Positions 6,414 through 15,858 of a stretch of 24,549 nt of DNA are shown here, in pieces. Both the position numbers and the translations under genes were made by a program. The DNA is from a virus (Duplodnaviria; Caudoviricetes). Under the pieces are notes generated by a model. The model was not told where the DNA came from. It searched no databases and was given only the letters and a program-made list of their open reading frames with translations. The stretch is from positions 1 through 24,549 of IMG/VR virus record IMGVR_UViG_3300020045_003678; one strand, written 5' to 3'. Position 1 is the first letter of the stretch; every line of letters starts with the position of its first letter.

Positions 6414-7207
6414 TAAGCAGGCCTTACTAAAACTGCTTGAAAGTATGTGCTCACTGAAGAGTTACTTGTGTTTTGTGAAGTCCCTTGCGTATGTATGTAA
6501 AAAATCTCAATATAATCAGTCGAGCCATTTAGATATACAAGGCACGAACCTTTTGAATCGCCTCCTGGTAAAAATCCTGCCATTGATCTATAGTCAGCCC
6601 CATTTTTGTACAAATGAACTGATGAGCCAGCGCCAGAAAAAGGGCAATAACAACCAGCTGAAACTTGATAGTAACCAGCAACTAATGGTGTGAATCTGCT
6701 TGTCGATGTATCGTAATAACTATTAGTATCAAACTCTTCGGTTTGAAATAGAATTTTAGTTAAAACATTATTTGGCACAGATTGCAATGTGCTTTGATAA
6801 GCGCTAAATGCAGGTGCGATTGCACCTCTATAACCCTGAAATATTTGCCATGATGTAAACGTCCCGCTACCTATGGGAGTCGTAATATCAACAACGAGAG
6901 AAGTCCCTGAGTAGCTAATCACGCGACCTTCCATTAACGCGGTATTTGAATTTGCTAAAACCAAATACATCCCTGCCTTAAAGCTTTTCCCCGCAGATAC
7001 CGAGAAAGTTTTACTGCCTGGACCTATACTATTGGATGTCGTGCTTGTATCTGAAGTAGAGATTAAAGATAAAGTCGCAGCAAATGCCTCCATTTCAGCC
7101 AGATTAATTCTTCGCCAAACTAAATCTGCATCAATATTGGCATCAAAAGTTTCATTATCTTGACCACGGGCAGGGGCTTCGGCTGGTGCTGGTGTAAAAA
7201 TTGGCAT
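6413..7207 (-). CDS. Tail fibre / receptor-binding protein with C-terminal C1q-like domain
   Basis: STTSNSIGPGSKTF beta-rich shaft; PAFSAY...ILFQTEEFDTNSYYDTSTSRFTPLVAGYYQV follows the C1q/TNF-like pattern. Confidence 0.75.
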   Translation of the reverse strand: MPIFTPAPAEAPARGQDNETFDANIDADLVWRRINLAEMEAFAATLSLISTSDTSTTSNSIGPGSKTFSVSAGKSFKAGMYLVLANSNTALMEGRVISYSGTSLVVDITTPIGSGTFTSWQIFQGYRGAIAPAFSAYQSTLQSVPNNVLTKILFQTEEFDTNSYYDTSTSRFTPLVAGYYQVSAGCYCPFSGAGSSVHLYKNGADYRSMAGFLPGGDSKGSCLVYLNGSTDYIEIFYIHTQGTSQNTSNSSVSTYFQAVLVRPA

Positions 7208-7221
7208 GTAAAAACCTCAAT

Positions 7222-7245
7222 AAAAAAGCCACCCGAAGGCGGCTT
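7222..7245 (-). terminator. Intrinsic terminator
   Basis: AAGCCGCC-TTCG-GGTGGC-TTTTTT on the minus strand. Confidence 0.75.
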
Positions 7246-7262
7246 GTCGTGTGTTTAAAAAA

Positions 7263-8174
7263 TTAACTTAAACTGATTAATTGAATGGTGCAAATAGATG
7301 CGTTTGAATACGCAACATTGATATTAAAATCTTCATAATAGCCATAAACAATTGATGACCCATACTCGCTTGAGCCGATATAAACACGCTCTTGCGCACG
7401 GACGCTGGCAAGCTCTCTAAACACGTAATCAACTTTTCCTGAGTCTATCCAAACAGTCATATTTAATTCGTTGCTATAACCACGCTCTAAAATACTAAAG
7501 CCGCCAAAGTCATCTTGCTCTTTGACTGAGTAATCTCTAATGCCAAAACTCATACCAAACTGGGTTAGGCCATAATCTTTACTTGACCCCAAAATACACG
7601 CACCGCATTTTGCAATTGAGCCTGTGTTTTCAATCACAATATCAATCAGCGCGTTTAAATATTTTGGCAAACTCAAAACAACCTTAGCGGTTTCTTTTAC
7701 GGTGGGTTCAAAAAACCAAGCTGAAAAAGTGTTAATGCCAACAAGCGAAATTAAATCAAGTGTTTCAGCGTACACCACGCCATCAATAGCATCTGTAATA
7801 GTGATTGAAATTGATTTTGCCTCTACATTTAAAAATGTAATCGCGTCAATCCTGCCAGCGCCACGCACTTGAATAGTAATATTGTCCGCAAGCGTGGTTT
7901 GCGATTGAATGGATTTATCAAACATTTTCCATCTGTTTGTGCTGCTCACCAAAAGCCACCAAGCATCAGAATCTAACCCTGTAGGCACATGGTTTGTGTT
8001 GCTGTTTTGCTTTGATTCTATAATCCAGTGATTATCACCTGATACATAAATACGCCTATCGCCCAGCGCATAGGTTGCACCGCTAGACCATGCTGCATAG
8101 TCATTTTCTAGCACGTTGCTGGCAAGCAATGCCGCGCTAGTCACAACCATGGGTTTAATTGATTGAAAGCCCAT
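7263..8174 (-). CDS. Minor tail / tail-tip protein
   Basis: Directly after the tape measure gene. AWSSGATYALGDRR resembles a small carbohydrate-binding insert, followed by TNRWKMFD. Confidence 0.7.
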   Translation of the reverse strand: MGFQSIKPMVVTSAALLASNVLENDYAAWSSGATYALGDRRIYVSGDNHWIIESKQNSNTNHVPTGLDSDAWWLLVSSTNRWKMFDKSIQSQTTLADNITIQVRGAGRIDAITFLNVEAKSISITITDAIDGVVYAETLDLISLVGINTFSAWFFEPTVKETAKVVLSLPKYLNALIDIVIENTGSIAKCGACILGSSKDYGLTQFGMSFGIRDYSVKEQDDFGGFSILERGYSNELNMTVWIDSGKVDYVFRELASVRAQERVYIGSSEYGSSIVYGYYEDFNINVAYSNASICTIQLISLS

Positions 8175-11100
8175 TAAACCACCACCCTTGTATCAATTGT
8201 GACGCGGTTGCCAGCGTTATCAGTTTCACTTAAAACAATGCCTAATCTATCAATTTTTTCTAGCACTTTTTGCATGCGTTGCGCCGCTTGAATTTGTGCC
8301 ACGGCATGCGCTTGGTTTTCTTCCCGCAAGCGTTTAACTTCAGCCAACAATCCGTTTGAAGCTTCACCATTACCAGCTATTAATTTTGCATTTTCTGTAG
8401 CAGGGATAATGCGTTCACCTTTATGAATCATTGCTAAACCATCGTTTGGCACATAAGCCGTGCCAACGTCATAACTGGGGATTTTATCGAGTGAGATTCC
8501 AAGCGATTGATAATTTTTAGCGCGATTAAAATCAACCAATGATTTAAAGTTTTTAGTTTCAAGCAAGGTATCAATCAGCGCTTTTGTTGCTTCTTCAGCT
8601 TGTTTTGTTGCATCTGCTTGCTCTTGAAGCTGCGTGTAATACGTATCCATGGCAGGAGCTAAATCAATCAGTGCATTAAACTGTTTTGCACTGGCATCAT
8701 CCACCACTTTAATCCCGTCAACTAAAGCTCTAAAACCATCTCTAGTATCAGGAATTGCAAGATTTAGCGCGCCAAACTGTGCCCCAATTTGTTTTGTATA
8801 AGTTGCAAACTGTTCTTGCTCTGTATAGAACAAATCCGTATAGGTTTGCACGGCAGAAAGCTGTGATGTAAGCGCATCAGCATCACTTAATTTAGCATTA
8901 CCAATTGCATAGCCAATAGCTTCAAAAACAGGCGGCAATGTTGCCAGTGACTCTTTAAGAGCTTTTATTTGCCCTAGATAGCCTAAGTTAGCTACCGACT
9001 CCGTTTTAGCGTTCCATGATGAATTAGAGACAATATCAACAAGGTATTGCGGTAATTCTGTGAATCCTTTTTTTACCGCAACTAAGAAGGATTGTGCGAT
9101 TGCATTTTGTTGCTTATCAGCATCTTTAGCATTAAAAGCCGCATCACGATTTTTGCCGTTTTTGCTAATCTCGTTACCAACAGCAATGCTATAGGTATTG
9201 TATTTTTGTGAGTAATGAACACCTAAAGTAAATTCTTTTAATGATGTATCAAATGATGTTGCAAGTGCTTGCAATTGTTCGCCAATGCCACCGCTTGCAG
9301 CTTTAGCCACATTTTTACCGCTCGCATCGCTATTGCCATAAGAACGATATGTGTTTACGCTATCTTGCGTGACTGTGGAGTTTGCATAGAATTTAGGGCG
9401 TGAGATATGTCCGCCAAATAATCCACCTAATGCTGAACCTAACGCACCGCCGATTGCTCCGCCAATCGGCCCACCTATTGCAGAGCCAATCGCAACGCCA
9501 GCACCTTGCAATACAGCGCCTTTAATGTCCCCTTGCAGCAATGCCATCGCAGCGCCAGCATAGGGAAGAACATCTGCTATCTGTGCTGAATATTTGGAAA
9601 TAGCCCCGCCAAGCATATCGCCAAGACCACCTTGCCCATTAGACAAGAAAGTACCGAGGCTTTGAATAGAATCAACAACAGAAGCATTACCACTTGAAAA
9701 TGCGTTTTTAATTGTACTGAACAAATCGCCAGCACCAGCGGTGAGGCTTGATCCACCACCAGTTGAGGCGCTAGCTGTACCGCTTGCAGTGGCCGCAATG
9801 CTAATAAACCACTTTTTAACAGTCATTTGGTAGAGTAAATCTAAAACATACGTTTTAAGTGTTCTACCAATTTGTTTAAATGCATCCACGCCATCTTGAC
9901 TAAGGTTAGTCCAAACGCGATGCGCGGACTCTTCAGCGCTATCCCAAAAGTCTTTACGATCCTTCGCCAGTTGTTTTTCTTTTGCAAAAACGCCCTTGTA
10001 GTAATCCGCTGTTTTATTGGCGCGATCAGTGTTTTCTATATCAAACTGCTGAATCGCAAACTCAGCATTAGCTCTAATTAATTTAGCTTTTCGCTCAGCC
10101 TCTTCTTTGTCAATTTTAAGTGAGAATTTGTCTATATCTTCTCTGCGTTCCTTCTCTTCATCTAATTCATCTTTCAATGCTTGTAATGTGTCACGACCAG
10201 AGTTATCTTTTTTCTTTTTATCCTTAGTATCGTAAATGTCTTTAATTTCTTGAACTTTATCGCGATCTTCACTCAGTCGTTTTGCTGCTTCATCACCCAA
10301 GAATTTTTCAGTTGCCGCCATGCGCTGCAAATTAGCCAACTCTTTTTCTTGCGCGGCAATTTGTTCAGCACTCCCTTTTTGCCCGTAACCAGCACGGCCA
10401 CCAGCGCCATTTTTAAGTACGTTTAACTTAGCTTCAGCACTTTGTACTTGTTTAGCGAGTGAATCATCGCGCCCAATTGCTAAAATTGAATCAAGTGCCC
10501 CATCAGCTGCCTTTTTAATATTAAGCCAAGCAGTTTCAAACAACCCTAAATTATCTAAAACCTGACCTTTTCTTGATTCCAAAGTATCAGCATAAGTTTT
10601 GGTTGCCAAGTCCGTGGCTTCTTGCGTTTTGCCTTGCTTTTCAAGCGCAATAATTTGCTTAAAGATGCTTTCAGTTAAAAAGTTTTGCGTTTCATTTAAT
10701 TTAAAAATACCTTCTACTGGTTTTTTTGATAATGATTCAAAATCTTTAACTAAATCTTCTGTTTTGCGGCCAGTTAATTCAGTGCCAGCCACCACGCCAC
10801 GCAATGCTGTTTCAATTTGACCGTAGCTGATTTTACCGCTCGCGGCTAATTGCTCGATAGCCTCGCGCGATGTTGAATATGCGCCAGTTGATTTTCCAAC
10901 CTCTTCGGCCAAATCAGAAAAACGCCCGACTGAACCGCCGACAATATTGCCACTGGTAATTAATGCAGTATTTAAACGTGTTGATTCGTTGGCCCCTGCG
11001 GCATAAGCGCCAGCCAACCCAACGACAGCGCCAGCGCCCAATGTAAAGGGATTAATTAACCCTAAAACATAACCACTCAGCGCTTTCGCGGCATTGCCAG

Positions 11101-11644
11101 CACCGCCAAACATATCTTTTAACTGCCCGCCTTGTTGCAAAAATACAGTCATTGGCGCTTGACCGCCTTGCAGGCTGGTAAAAATGTCAGTAAATTGCGC
11201 TGGAACGCCGCGCATGGCAAATCTTAATTGTTTTGCAGATAGTCCATTTTTATCGGTAGCTGCTGATAAAGATAAATTGGCGTCTTTTAATTTTAAGGTC
11301 GCACGCTCAGCCGCCGCAAGTTGTGCAATTGCTTCTGTTTTGGTGATTTTTTGGGTCTGTAATTTTTCTAATGTTTTGAAATATTCAGAATTTGCGCGCC
11401 CGCCAGACATAAGCGCAGCGGTTGTACGCTGAATTGATGCAACTTTTCTAGCCTCAGCCTTTTCTTGCGCAACTGTCGCTTTATTCGTTGCATCAGTTAA
11501 ATTATCAATGCCTTTACTTGCATCCGTAGTAGCTTGTTTGGCTTGGCGTGCCATGTCTTGCAGGCTTTTACCGATCTTAGCAACTTCAGTAAACAACTCT
11601 GAAGCGTCGCCACCAAACTTAATTACGCCGTCTTGAATTGTCAT
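8174..11644 (-). CDS. Tail tape measure protein (lambda-like)
   Basis: 1156 aa, Ala-rich and helical; MRGVPAQFTDIFTSLQGGQAPMTVFLQQGGQLKDMFGG motif; C-terminal YDVGTAYVPNDGLAMIHKGERI. Confidence 0.95.
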   Translation of the reverse strand: MTIQDGVIKFGGDASELFTEVAKIGKSLQDMARQAKQATTDASKGIDNLTDATNKATVAQEKAEARKVASIQRTTAALMSGGRANSEYFKTLEKLQTQKITKTEAIAQLAAAERATLKLKDANLSLSAATDKNGLSAKQLRFAMRGVPAQFTDIFTSLQGGQAPMTVFLQQGGQLKDMFGGAGNAAKALSGYVLGLINPFTLGAGAVVGLAGAYAAGANESTRLNTALITSGNIVGGSVGRFSDLAEEVGKSTGAYSTSREAIEQLAASGKISYGQIETALRGVVAGTELTGRKTEDLVKDFESLSKKPVEGIFKLNETQNFLTESIFKQIIALEKQGKTQEATDLATKTYADTLESRKGQVLDNLGLFETAWLNIKKAADGALDSILAIGRDDSLAKQVQSAEAKLNVLKNGAGGRAGYGQKGSAEQIAAQEKELANLQRMAATEKFLGDEAAKRLSEDRDKVQEIKDIYDTKDKKKKDNSGRDTLQALKDELDEEKERREDIDKFSLKIDKEEAERKAKLIRANAEFAIQQFDIENTDRANKTADYYKGVFAKEKQLAKDRKDFWDSAEESAHRVWTNLSQDGVDAFKQIGRTLKTYVLDLLYQMTVKKWFISIAATASGTASASTGGGSSLTAGAGDLFSTIKNAFSSGNASVVDSIQSLGTFLSNGQGGLGDMLGGAISKYSAQIADVLPYAGAAMALLQGDIKGAVLQGAGVAIGSAIGGPIGGAIGGALGSALGGLFGGHISRPKFYANSTVTQDSVNTYRSYGNSDASGKNVAKAASGGIGEQLQALATSFDTSLKEFTLGVHYSQKYNTYSIAVGNEISKNGKNRDAAFNAKDADKQQNAIAQSFLVAVKKGFTELPQYLVDIVSNSSWNAKTESVANLGYLGQIKALKESLATLPPVFEAIGYAIGNAKLSDADALTSQLSAVQTYTDLFYTEQEQFATYTKQIGAQFGALNLAIPDTRDGFRALVDGIKVVDDASAKQFNALIDLAPAMDTYYTQLQEQADATKQAEEATKALIDTLLETKNFKSLVDFNRAKNYQSLGISLDKIPSYDVGTAYVPNDGLAMIHKGERIIPATENAKLIAGNGEASNGLLAEVKRLREENQAHAVAQIQAAQRMQKVLEKIDRLGIVLSETDNAGNRVTIDTRVVV

Positions 11645-11646
11645 CG

Positions 11647-11946
11647 TTAACCTTCATTATTTTCACTCATTTGCCTTAAAGCAGCAGCTTCCATCACCTG
11701 AATATCAGAGAAAACAAAATCTCGATCATCAGGATGAATCTTTAGCCTTCGCCACATTTCAGGCAAAACATTGTAATCAAGCCCAGTTCTGCCATTCATA
11801 CCAACGCGCCACTGCGTTTGCATAGAATAAAAAACATAGTAACTTTGTTGATTTTCAGGCCATAAAACAACTTCATCCGTTGCAAAGTCATCAGGCGTTA
11901 ACCCAAATAAAGCAAGCGACTTTTCATCCGCCGCTTTGCTATACAT
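11647..11946 (-). CDS. Tail assembly chaperone C-terminal part (gpT-like, DUF1799-like)
   Basis: LWPEN...MQTQWRVGMNGRTGLDY...IQVMEAAAL; lies in the -1 frame of the upstream chaperone. Confidence 0.85.
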   Translation of the reverse strand: MYSKAADEKSLALFGLTPDDFATDEVVLWPENQQSYYVFYSMQTQWRVGMNGRTGLDYNVLPEMWRRLKIHPDDRDFVFSDIQVMEAAALRQMSENNEG

Positions 11947-11963
11947 AGCCCTTGCAACGGCTT

Positions 11964-12380
11964 CTAGTTTTTTACTCTACCCTCCATAATGCAATCTCTA
12001 TAAGTGACTGCAATGGCGGTAATCGCTGCTGGGAATTCATCCATCAATCTAACTAAATTAGCGCGATTAAATTCCTCTTCTAAATCCCATCCATCGGCAA
12101 TGATTAAGATGTAATCAATACCAACCGCTGAATCATTTTGATTTTGGATAATCTCCAAAAACGTCTGATCACTTTCAACCTTTTCTTCACTTTTCTTTTT
12201 AGGTTTTTTAGTGCCTTTTTTTTCAGCTTCACTCACCAACTCATCCATCAATTTCGCAAACTGCGTGCGAGTTCGATACTTATATTTGACATTGATGCTG
12301 TACTCTACAGAATCAGCAATAGGGGCTTTAACCTCATGATCAAAATGCTCAGGGGCTGCACCAAATTTAAATTTAGCCAT
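11964..12380 (-). CDS. Tail assembly chaperone (gpG-like)
   Basis: Between tail tube and tape measure genes; GWDLEEEFNRANL...GRVKN* end. Confidence 0.85.
   Translation of the reverse strand: MAKFKFGAAPEHFDHEVKAPIADSVEYSINVKYKYRTRTQFAKLMDELVSEAEKKGTKKPKKKSEEKVESDQTFLEIIQNQNDSAVGIDYILIIADGWDLEEEFNRANLVRLMDEFPAAITAIAVTYRDCIMEGRVKN
11967..11973 (-). promoter_or_regulatory. Programmed -1 frameshift slippery site A AAA AAC
   Basis: GTA AAA AAC TAG; the -1 frame reads KLEAVARA-MYSK into the 11946 ORF with no stop. Confidence 0.85.
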
Positions 12381-12397
12381 TAATATGCCTTTAGAAT

Positions 12398-12420
12398 AAA
12401 AAGCCCCATTACGGGGCTTT
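12398..12420 (-). terminator. Intrinsic terminator after the major tail gene
   Basis: AAAGCCCC-GTAAT-GGGGCTTTTT on the minus strand. Confidence 0.75.
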
Positions 12421-12427
12421 ATTTAGA

Positions 12428-13066
12428 TTAATAACGCGTTACACGACCAGCAAAAGAGAAGCGTGCAGAAACCATCATCAAGTTATTTTGCTCTGTGGTA
12501 GGCATATCATTTACAAATGGCGTGCCTGTTACGGCCAATATTCCACCGCTAGGCAAAATCATACGCATAGGCGTTTGTGCTTTTAAATCAGAGGCCGCTT
12601 TATATGCAATGTAGCCAGGGAGTGTGATGTCATCCGCTAAATCGAACGTCCATGCTTGAGCGGAAACAACCGTAGAAAACTCTGTTTCAAACGTATTTTC
12701 AAGATATTGGAAGTTCCCTGTTTGAATATCACCGCCACTTCTTGCAAGGTTCATCACTTGCAAAATTTGCGTCCAAGTTGTGATTTTTCGGACAGTACCC
12801 ACACCGCTGCCAGCAGGGAATAAGGTCGTTGAAGTTGTATCTAACCCTTCAAGTGTAATTGAAGTCCCTGAAGCGGCTGATAGACGATAAACACGATTGG
12901 TTGCGCGAGACCAGCCACTGGTGAACTCTACATAATCACCTACCGCGTATGTATTTGTGACCGTTAACACCGCGGCGGCGGCATTGGTTGCGGCTGTGAC
13001 TGTTAAAGCTGCAGCAATCACACTTGCAATTTGCAACTGTGCACCATTTGGAATTTGTTGACCCAT
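12428..13066 (-). CDS. Major tail tube protein
   Basis: IPNGAQLQIA...ATNAAAAV...GDYVEFTSGWSR...LEGLDT...GTVRKITTWTQI pattern of lambdoid tail tubes; RBS and downstream terminator. Confidence 0.88.
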   Translation of the reverse strand: MGQQIPNGAQLQIASVIAAALTVTAATNAAAAVLTVTNTYAVGDYVEFTSGWSRATNRVYRLSAASGTSITLEGLDTTSTTLFPAGSGVGTVRKITTWTQILQVMNLARSGGDIQTGNFQYLENTFETEFSTVVSAQAWTFDLADDITLPGYIAYKAASDLKAQTPMRMILPSGGILAVTGTPFVNDMPTTEQNNLMMVSARFSFAGRVTRY

Positions 13067-13107
13067 GATAAAACCTCTCTTAAATAAAAGTTTGCCAATT
13101 GAAGGCG

Positions 13108-13180
13108 AAAAAAAACCAGCAATTAAGCTGGCTGGTTACGCCCTTACGGGCAAAAAAAAACCACTTTTTCAAGTAGTTTT
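13108..13180 (-). terminator. Tandem terminator-like hairpins flanking a GCCC-GTAA-GGGC hairpin
   Basis: Minus strand: ACTACTT-GAAA-AAGTGG-T9, then GCCC-GTAA-GGGC, then CCAGC-TTAATT-GCTGG-T8. Confidence 0.6.
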
Positions 13181-13189
13181 AATTGTTTC

Positions 13190-13624
13190 TTAAATCTCCA
13201 ATAACTCAGAGTTTATTTCTAAAGTTAGCTTTAAATCTGCAAGACTATTTGCTTGACCAATATTTCTAAATCGTTGCGAGCACTCCGCTGTAAAGTAGTA
13301 AATAACACCATCGACACATAAAACTTTATAAGAATAAGCATTGACGCTAGTTAGTGCGGCTTTCAATAAAGACTGCCCTGCATCATCTATTATAATAATT
13401 TCAGCATTTAAACTTTTAGCCAACTTTCCAGAACGCTTGTTGTAACGCGTACCAATGATGGGGTTGTAATCAAAAGTCTGGTATGCCTCACCAATATCAC
13501 CAGTTGACCGAATCCCTCTAATTTGTGTAAAAGATAGGTTCCCGTAACCAGCAGCATCATAAGAGGCAGGGAGTGTTGCGCTGATATAAAACAGCGTGCC
13601 CGCATTTGTAAATGGATTCTGCAT
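13190..13624 (-). CDS. Second tail-tube-like protein of a different family
   Basis: TNAGTLFYISATLPASYDAAGY...DAGQSLLKAA...YSYKV...DGVIYYFTA resembles short siphovirus major tail proteins. Confidence 0.65.
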   Translation of the reverse strand: MQNPFTNAGTLFYISATLPASYDAAGYGNLSFTQIRGIRSTGDIGEAYQTFDYNPIIGTRYNKRSGKLAKSLNAEIIIIDDAGQSLLKAALTSVNAYSYKVLCVDGVIYYFTAECSQRFRNIGQANSLADLKLTLEINSELLEI

Positions 13625-13975
13625 TTAATCAAACCACACACTAAAATCTTGATGCGCACCGCGCATTTTTGTGCTTTCGCTATAAGCCGCGATTGCGCCG
13701 CCTTCAACCGTGCCAAATAATGGCGATTGCACCATTGTATTTTCAACTTGACGAATCAGCGTCATGACTTCAAGCCTTGTTTTACCCCATACACTAATTT
13801 GTACCCTTGCATTTTTTAATTCAGAGCCTTGCCCTTCTATAAAATTAACTGGCCTTCCACCCACTTGCTGATAAACAATAAAAGGCGTAACAACGTTTGG
13901 ATCAGTTGCCAGATCAGGGTAAACCCGATTGCCAACTAATGGGTTTAAAGCATTTGCTAAATCAACCTCAGTCAT
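13625..13975 (-). CDS. Tail terminator / completion protein (DUF3168-like)
   Basis: LVGNRVYPDLA...PFIVYQQVGG...NARVQISVW...QDFSVW. Confidence 0.85.
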   Translation of the reverse strand: MTEVDLANALNPLVGNRVYPDLATDPNVVTPFIVYQQVGGRPVNFIEGQGSELKNARVQISVWGKTRLEVMTLIRQVENTMVQSPLFGTVEGGAIAAYSESTKMRGAHQDFSVWFD

Positions 13976-13978
13976 AAC

Positions 13979-14506
13979 TTAACCCCAAAAAAACCATGAT
14001 TTAGACTTTTTGCTTAATATTTCTTGCATTTCTTTTAAAACAGCGGCGTTTGCTGCGTTTATTTTTGCATCGTAAGCTGGCCTAATATAAGGCTGTGCTG
14101 GTATAAATTTAGGTGCTGGCAATAAAGCATTTGATGACTTCCATTCCCCTGAATCTTCATCAAAAAACTTAGCATAAATTTGATAATACCCGTGTTCAAT
14201 CCAATGCCAATGCGGCGCTTTTCGCTTATTTACGCCTATATAATAAATAACCTGTCCGTTGTTTTCGATATGTGTTTCAGAGTCCTGTTTCCAGCGATAA
14301 ATCGCATTTTTAAGACTGCCACTGTCAGACGGAACTCTTAATTTAATTTCATCATAAAGGACTGTTGCCCCTTTAAAAACAGCAGGACGCAATACTTTTT
14401 CTACAAAATCACCTTTAAATGCTTCAATTTGGCTGGTAATACTTTCATCAAACTGCATGCTGACTCTGCCAGCATCGTATACATTTGCCTGGCTTCTTCT
14501 AGCCAT
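13979..14506 (-). CDS. HK97 gp10-like neck protein
   Basis: VPSDSGSLKNAI...KAPHWHWIEHG...PAQPYIRPAYD. Confidence 0.85.
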   Translation of the reverse strand: MARRSQANVYDAGRVSMQFDESITSQIEAFKGDFVEKVLRPAVFKGATVLYDEIKLRVPSDSGSLKNAIYRWKQDSETHIENNGQVIYYIGVNKRKAPHWHWIEHGYYQIYAKFFDEDSGEWKSSNALLPAPKFIPAQPYIRPAYDAKINAANAAVLKEMQEILSKKSKSWFFWG

Positions 14507-14822
14507 CGTTTACGCCACCAATAACCGCTAAATCCACATATATTTTATTGCTATCAGGCAAAACGGCCTTAATATTGTATTGTTCGTTTCTAAAAACGAC
14601 GCGCATTTTTGGCGTAATATCCAATCGAAAGCGAATCCGAACGCTGGCATTAGTAAACTCATTTTCTTTATTTGCGTTGTTAAATTCTTTGCCATTCATA
14701 AAGCGGACATTGGCCCATAATTTAGCAAAATCCACCCATGTTTCTATTTCTTGACCAAAACTATCGCGGACAATGGTTTTATGCTGAATAAGCACCCTAT
14801 CATTCAGTTTACAAGCAAGCAT
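14499..14822 (-). CDS. Head closure protein / head-tail adaptor (SPP1 gp16-like)
   Basis: KLNDRVLIQ...DSFGQEIETW...WANV...GKEF...RIRFRLDITPKMRV. Confidence 0.9.
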   Translation of the reverse strand: MLACKLNDRVLIQHKTIVRDSFGQEIETWVDFAKLWANVRFMNGKEFNNANKENEFTNASVRIRFRLDITPKMRVVFRNEQYNIKAVLPDSNKIYVDLAVIGGVNDG

Positions 14823-15392
14823 TTAAAAACCCCAAATGCGTACGCGGTCTAATAATCCGCTGTTAAAGCCAGCTGGCAAGCCGCCAGCATCGCAATTACA
14901 GTGCATATACTGCACGGCGCTGCGGATCCACTGCTTAATTGCGTATGGCACTGCATCTACATTGGCATAGCCTGCTAAGTAGCGCACGCGTACGGCATTG
15001 GCTACATCATCAGTCGCGGGAAAGCCATCTACACTAAGTACCCAGCAAGGCTCTTTTTCGTTGTCTAAAGTATATTTGTCTGTAGCTAAAGTTAATTCAG
15101 CATTATTGGCCACATATTTAATGCTAGTAATGCTTTGCACAGGCGGATGCGCTAACTCAATATCGCTATCATAAGGGAAAGCATCAAGCACTAATTCCCA
15201 TGTTTGCGGCATAATGGCGCGGCCAATGATATGCTCGCAAGCCTCAGTGCAAGTTTTAATTAATCCAAGCAAGTTTTCATCTTGCAGCGCATCAAAATCC
15301 ACATCGCCAGTATTATCTACGCGGCAATCAAACTTTGCTTGCGCCAATGTCACAGGTTCTGTTGATGGTGGAGTGATGAGTTTTAATGACAC
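14823..15392 (-). CDS. Head-tail connector (phiE125 gp8-like)
   Basis: LITPPSTEPVTLAQAK..CRVD...GRAIMPQTWELVLDAFP...PPVQSITSIKY...AGY. Confidence 0.9.
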   Translation of the reverse strand: MSLKLITPPSTEPVTLAQAKFDCRVDNTGDVDFDALQDENLLGLIKTCTEACEHIIGRAIMPQTWELVLDAFPYDSDIELAHPPVQSITSIKYVANNAELTLATDKYTLDNEKEPCWVLSVDGFPATDDVANAVRVRYLAGYANVDAVPYAIKQWIRSAVQYMHCNCDAGGLPAGFNSGLLDRVRIWGF

Positions 15393-15844
15393 TGTAAATT
15401 CCGCCTTCTACTTATTTGCATGTTTGAATAACGTGATCTGCGTGGTGCAAACACAATGTTTGAAACATAATACCCATCAGCATCCGCCGTTAACGCCGCA
15501 AGCGTTGTAAACCCTGCACCATTAATATCAAGTTTTGTGCTTGAAGCACTGGTTAACATTGCCAATAAAATAGCAGCATTGCCGCCAATATTAATTTGCG
15601 CTGCACTTGTGCTTGTAAGCGCTGCTAGTGTTTTTGCCAGCGCGCCTTCTAACCCACTGCCAGAAATATTGCCAGCGCTGCTTGAAGTTAACGCCGCAAG
15701 TGTTTTGCTTGCCGTGGCATTAATTGCCAACCCAGCGGCAGAAGTGCTTGTAAGCGCTGCAAGTGTTTTACCTAAGGTTGCTGAAATTGGGTTCAGCGGT
15801 ATTTCACTCACTGCATATTCTGAAACTGAGTGAAAACCAAGCAT
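15383..15844 (-). CDS. Ala/Thr/Ser-rich repeat protein, probably structural
   Basis: Five imperfect repeats of about 21-26 aa with a KTLAALTSTSAA core. Confidence 0.7.
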   Translation of the reverse strand: MLGFHSVSEYAVSEIPLNPISATLGKTLAALTSTSAAGLAINATASKTLAALTSSSAGNISGSGLEGALAKTLAALTSTSAAQINIGGNAAILLAMLTSASSTKLDINGAGFTTLAALTADADGYYVSNIVFAPRRSRYSNMQISRRRNLQCH

Positions 15845-15858
15845 TGTTAACCCTTAAT

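Noticed and set aside
6413-7207. Tail fibre or LamG gene as a remote second DGR target
   Set aside because: Neither 3' end resembles the VR at 113-232 or shows its adenine depletion.
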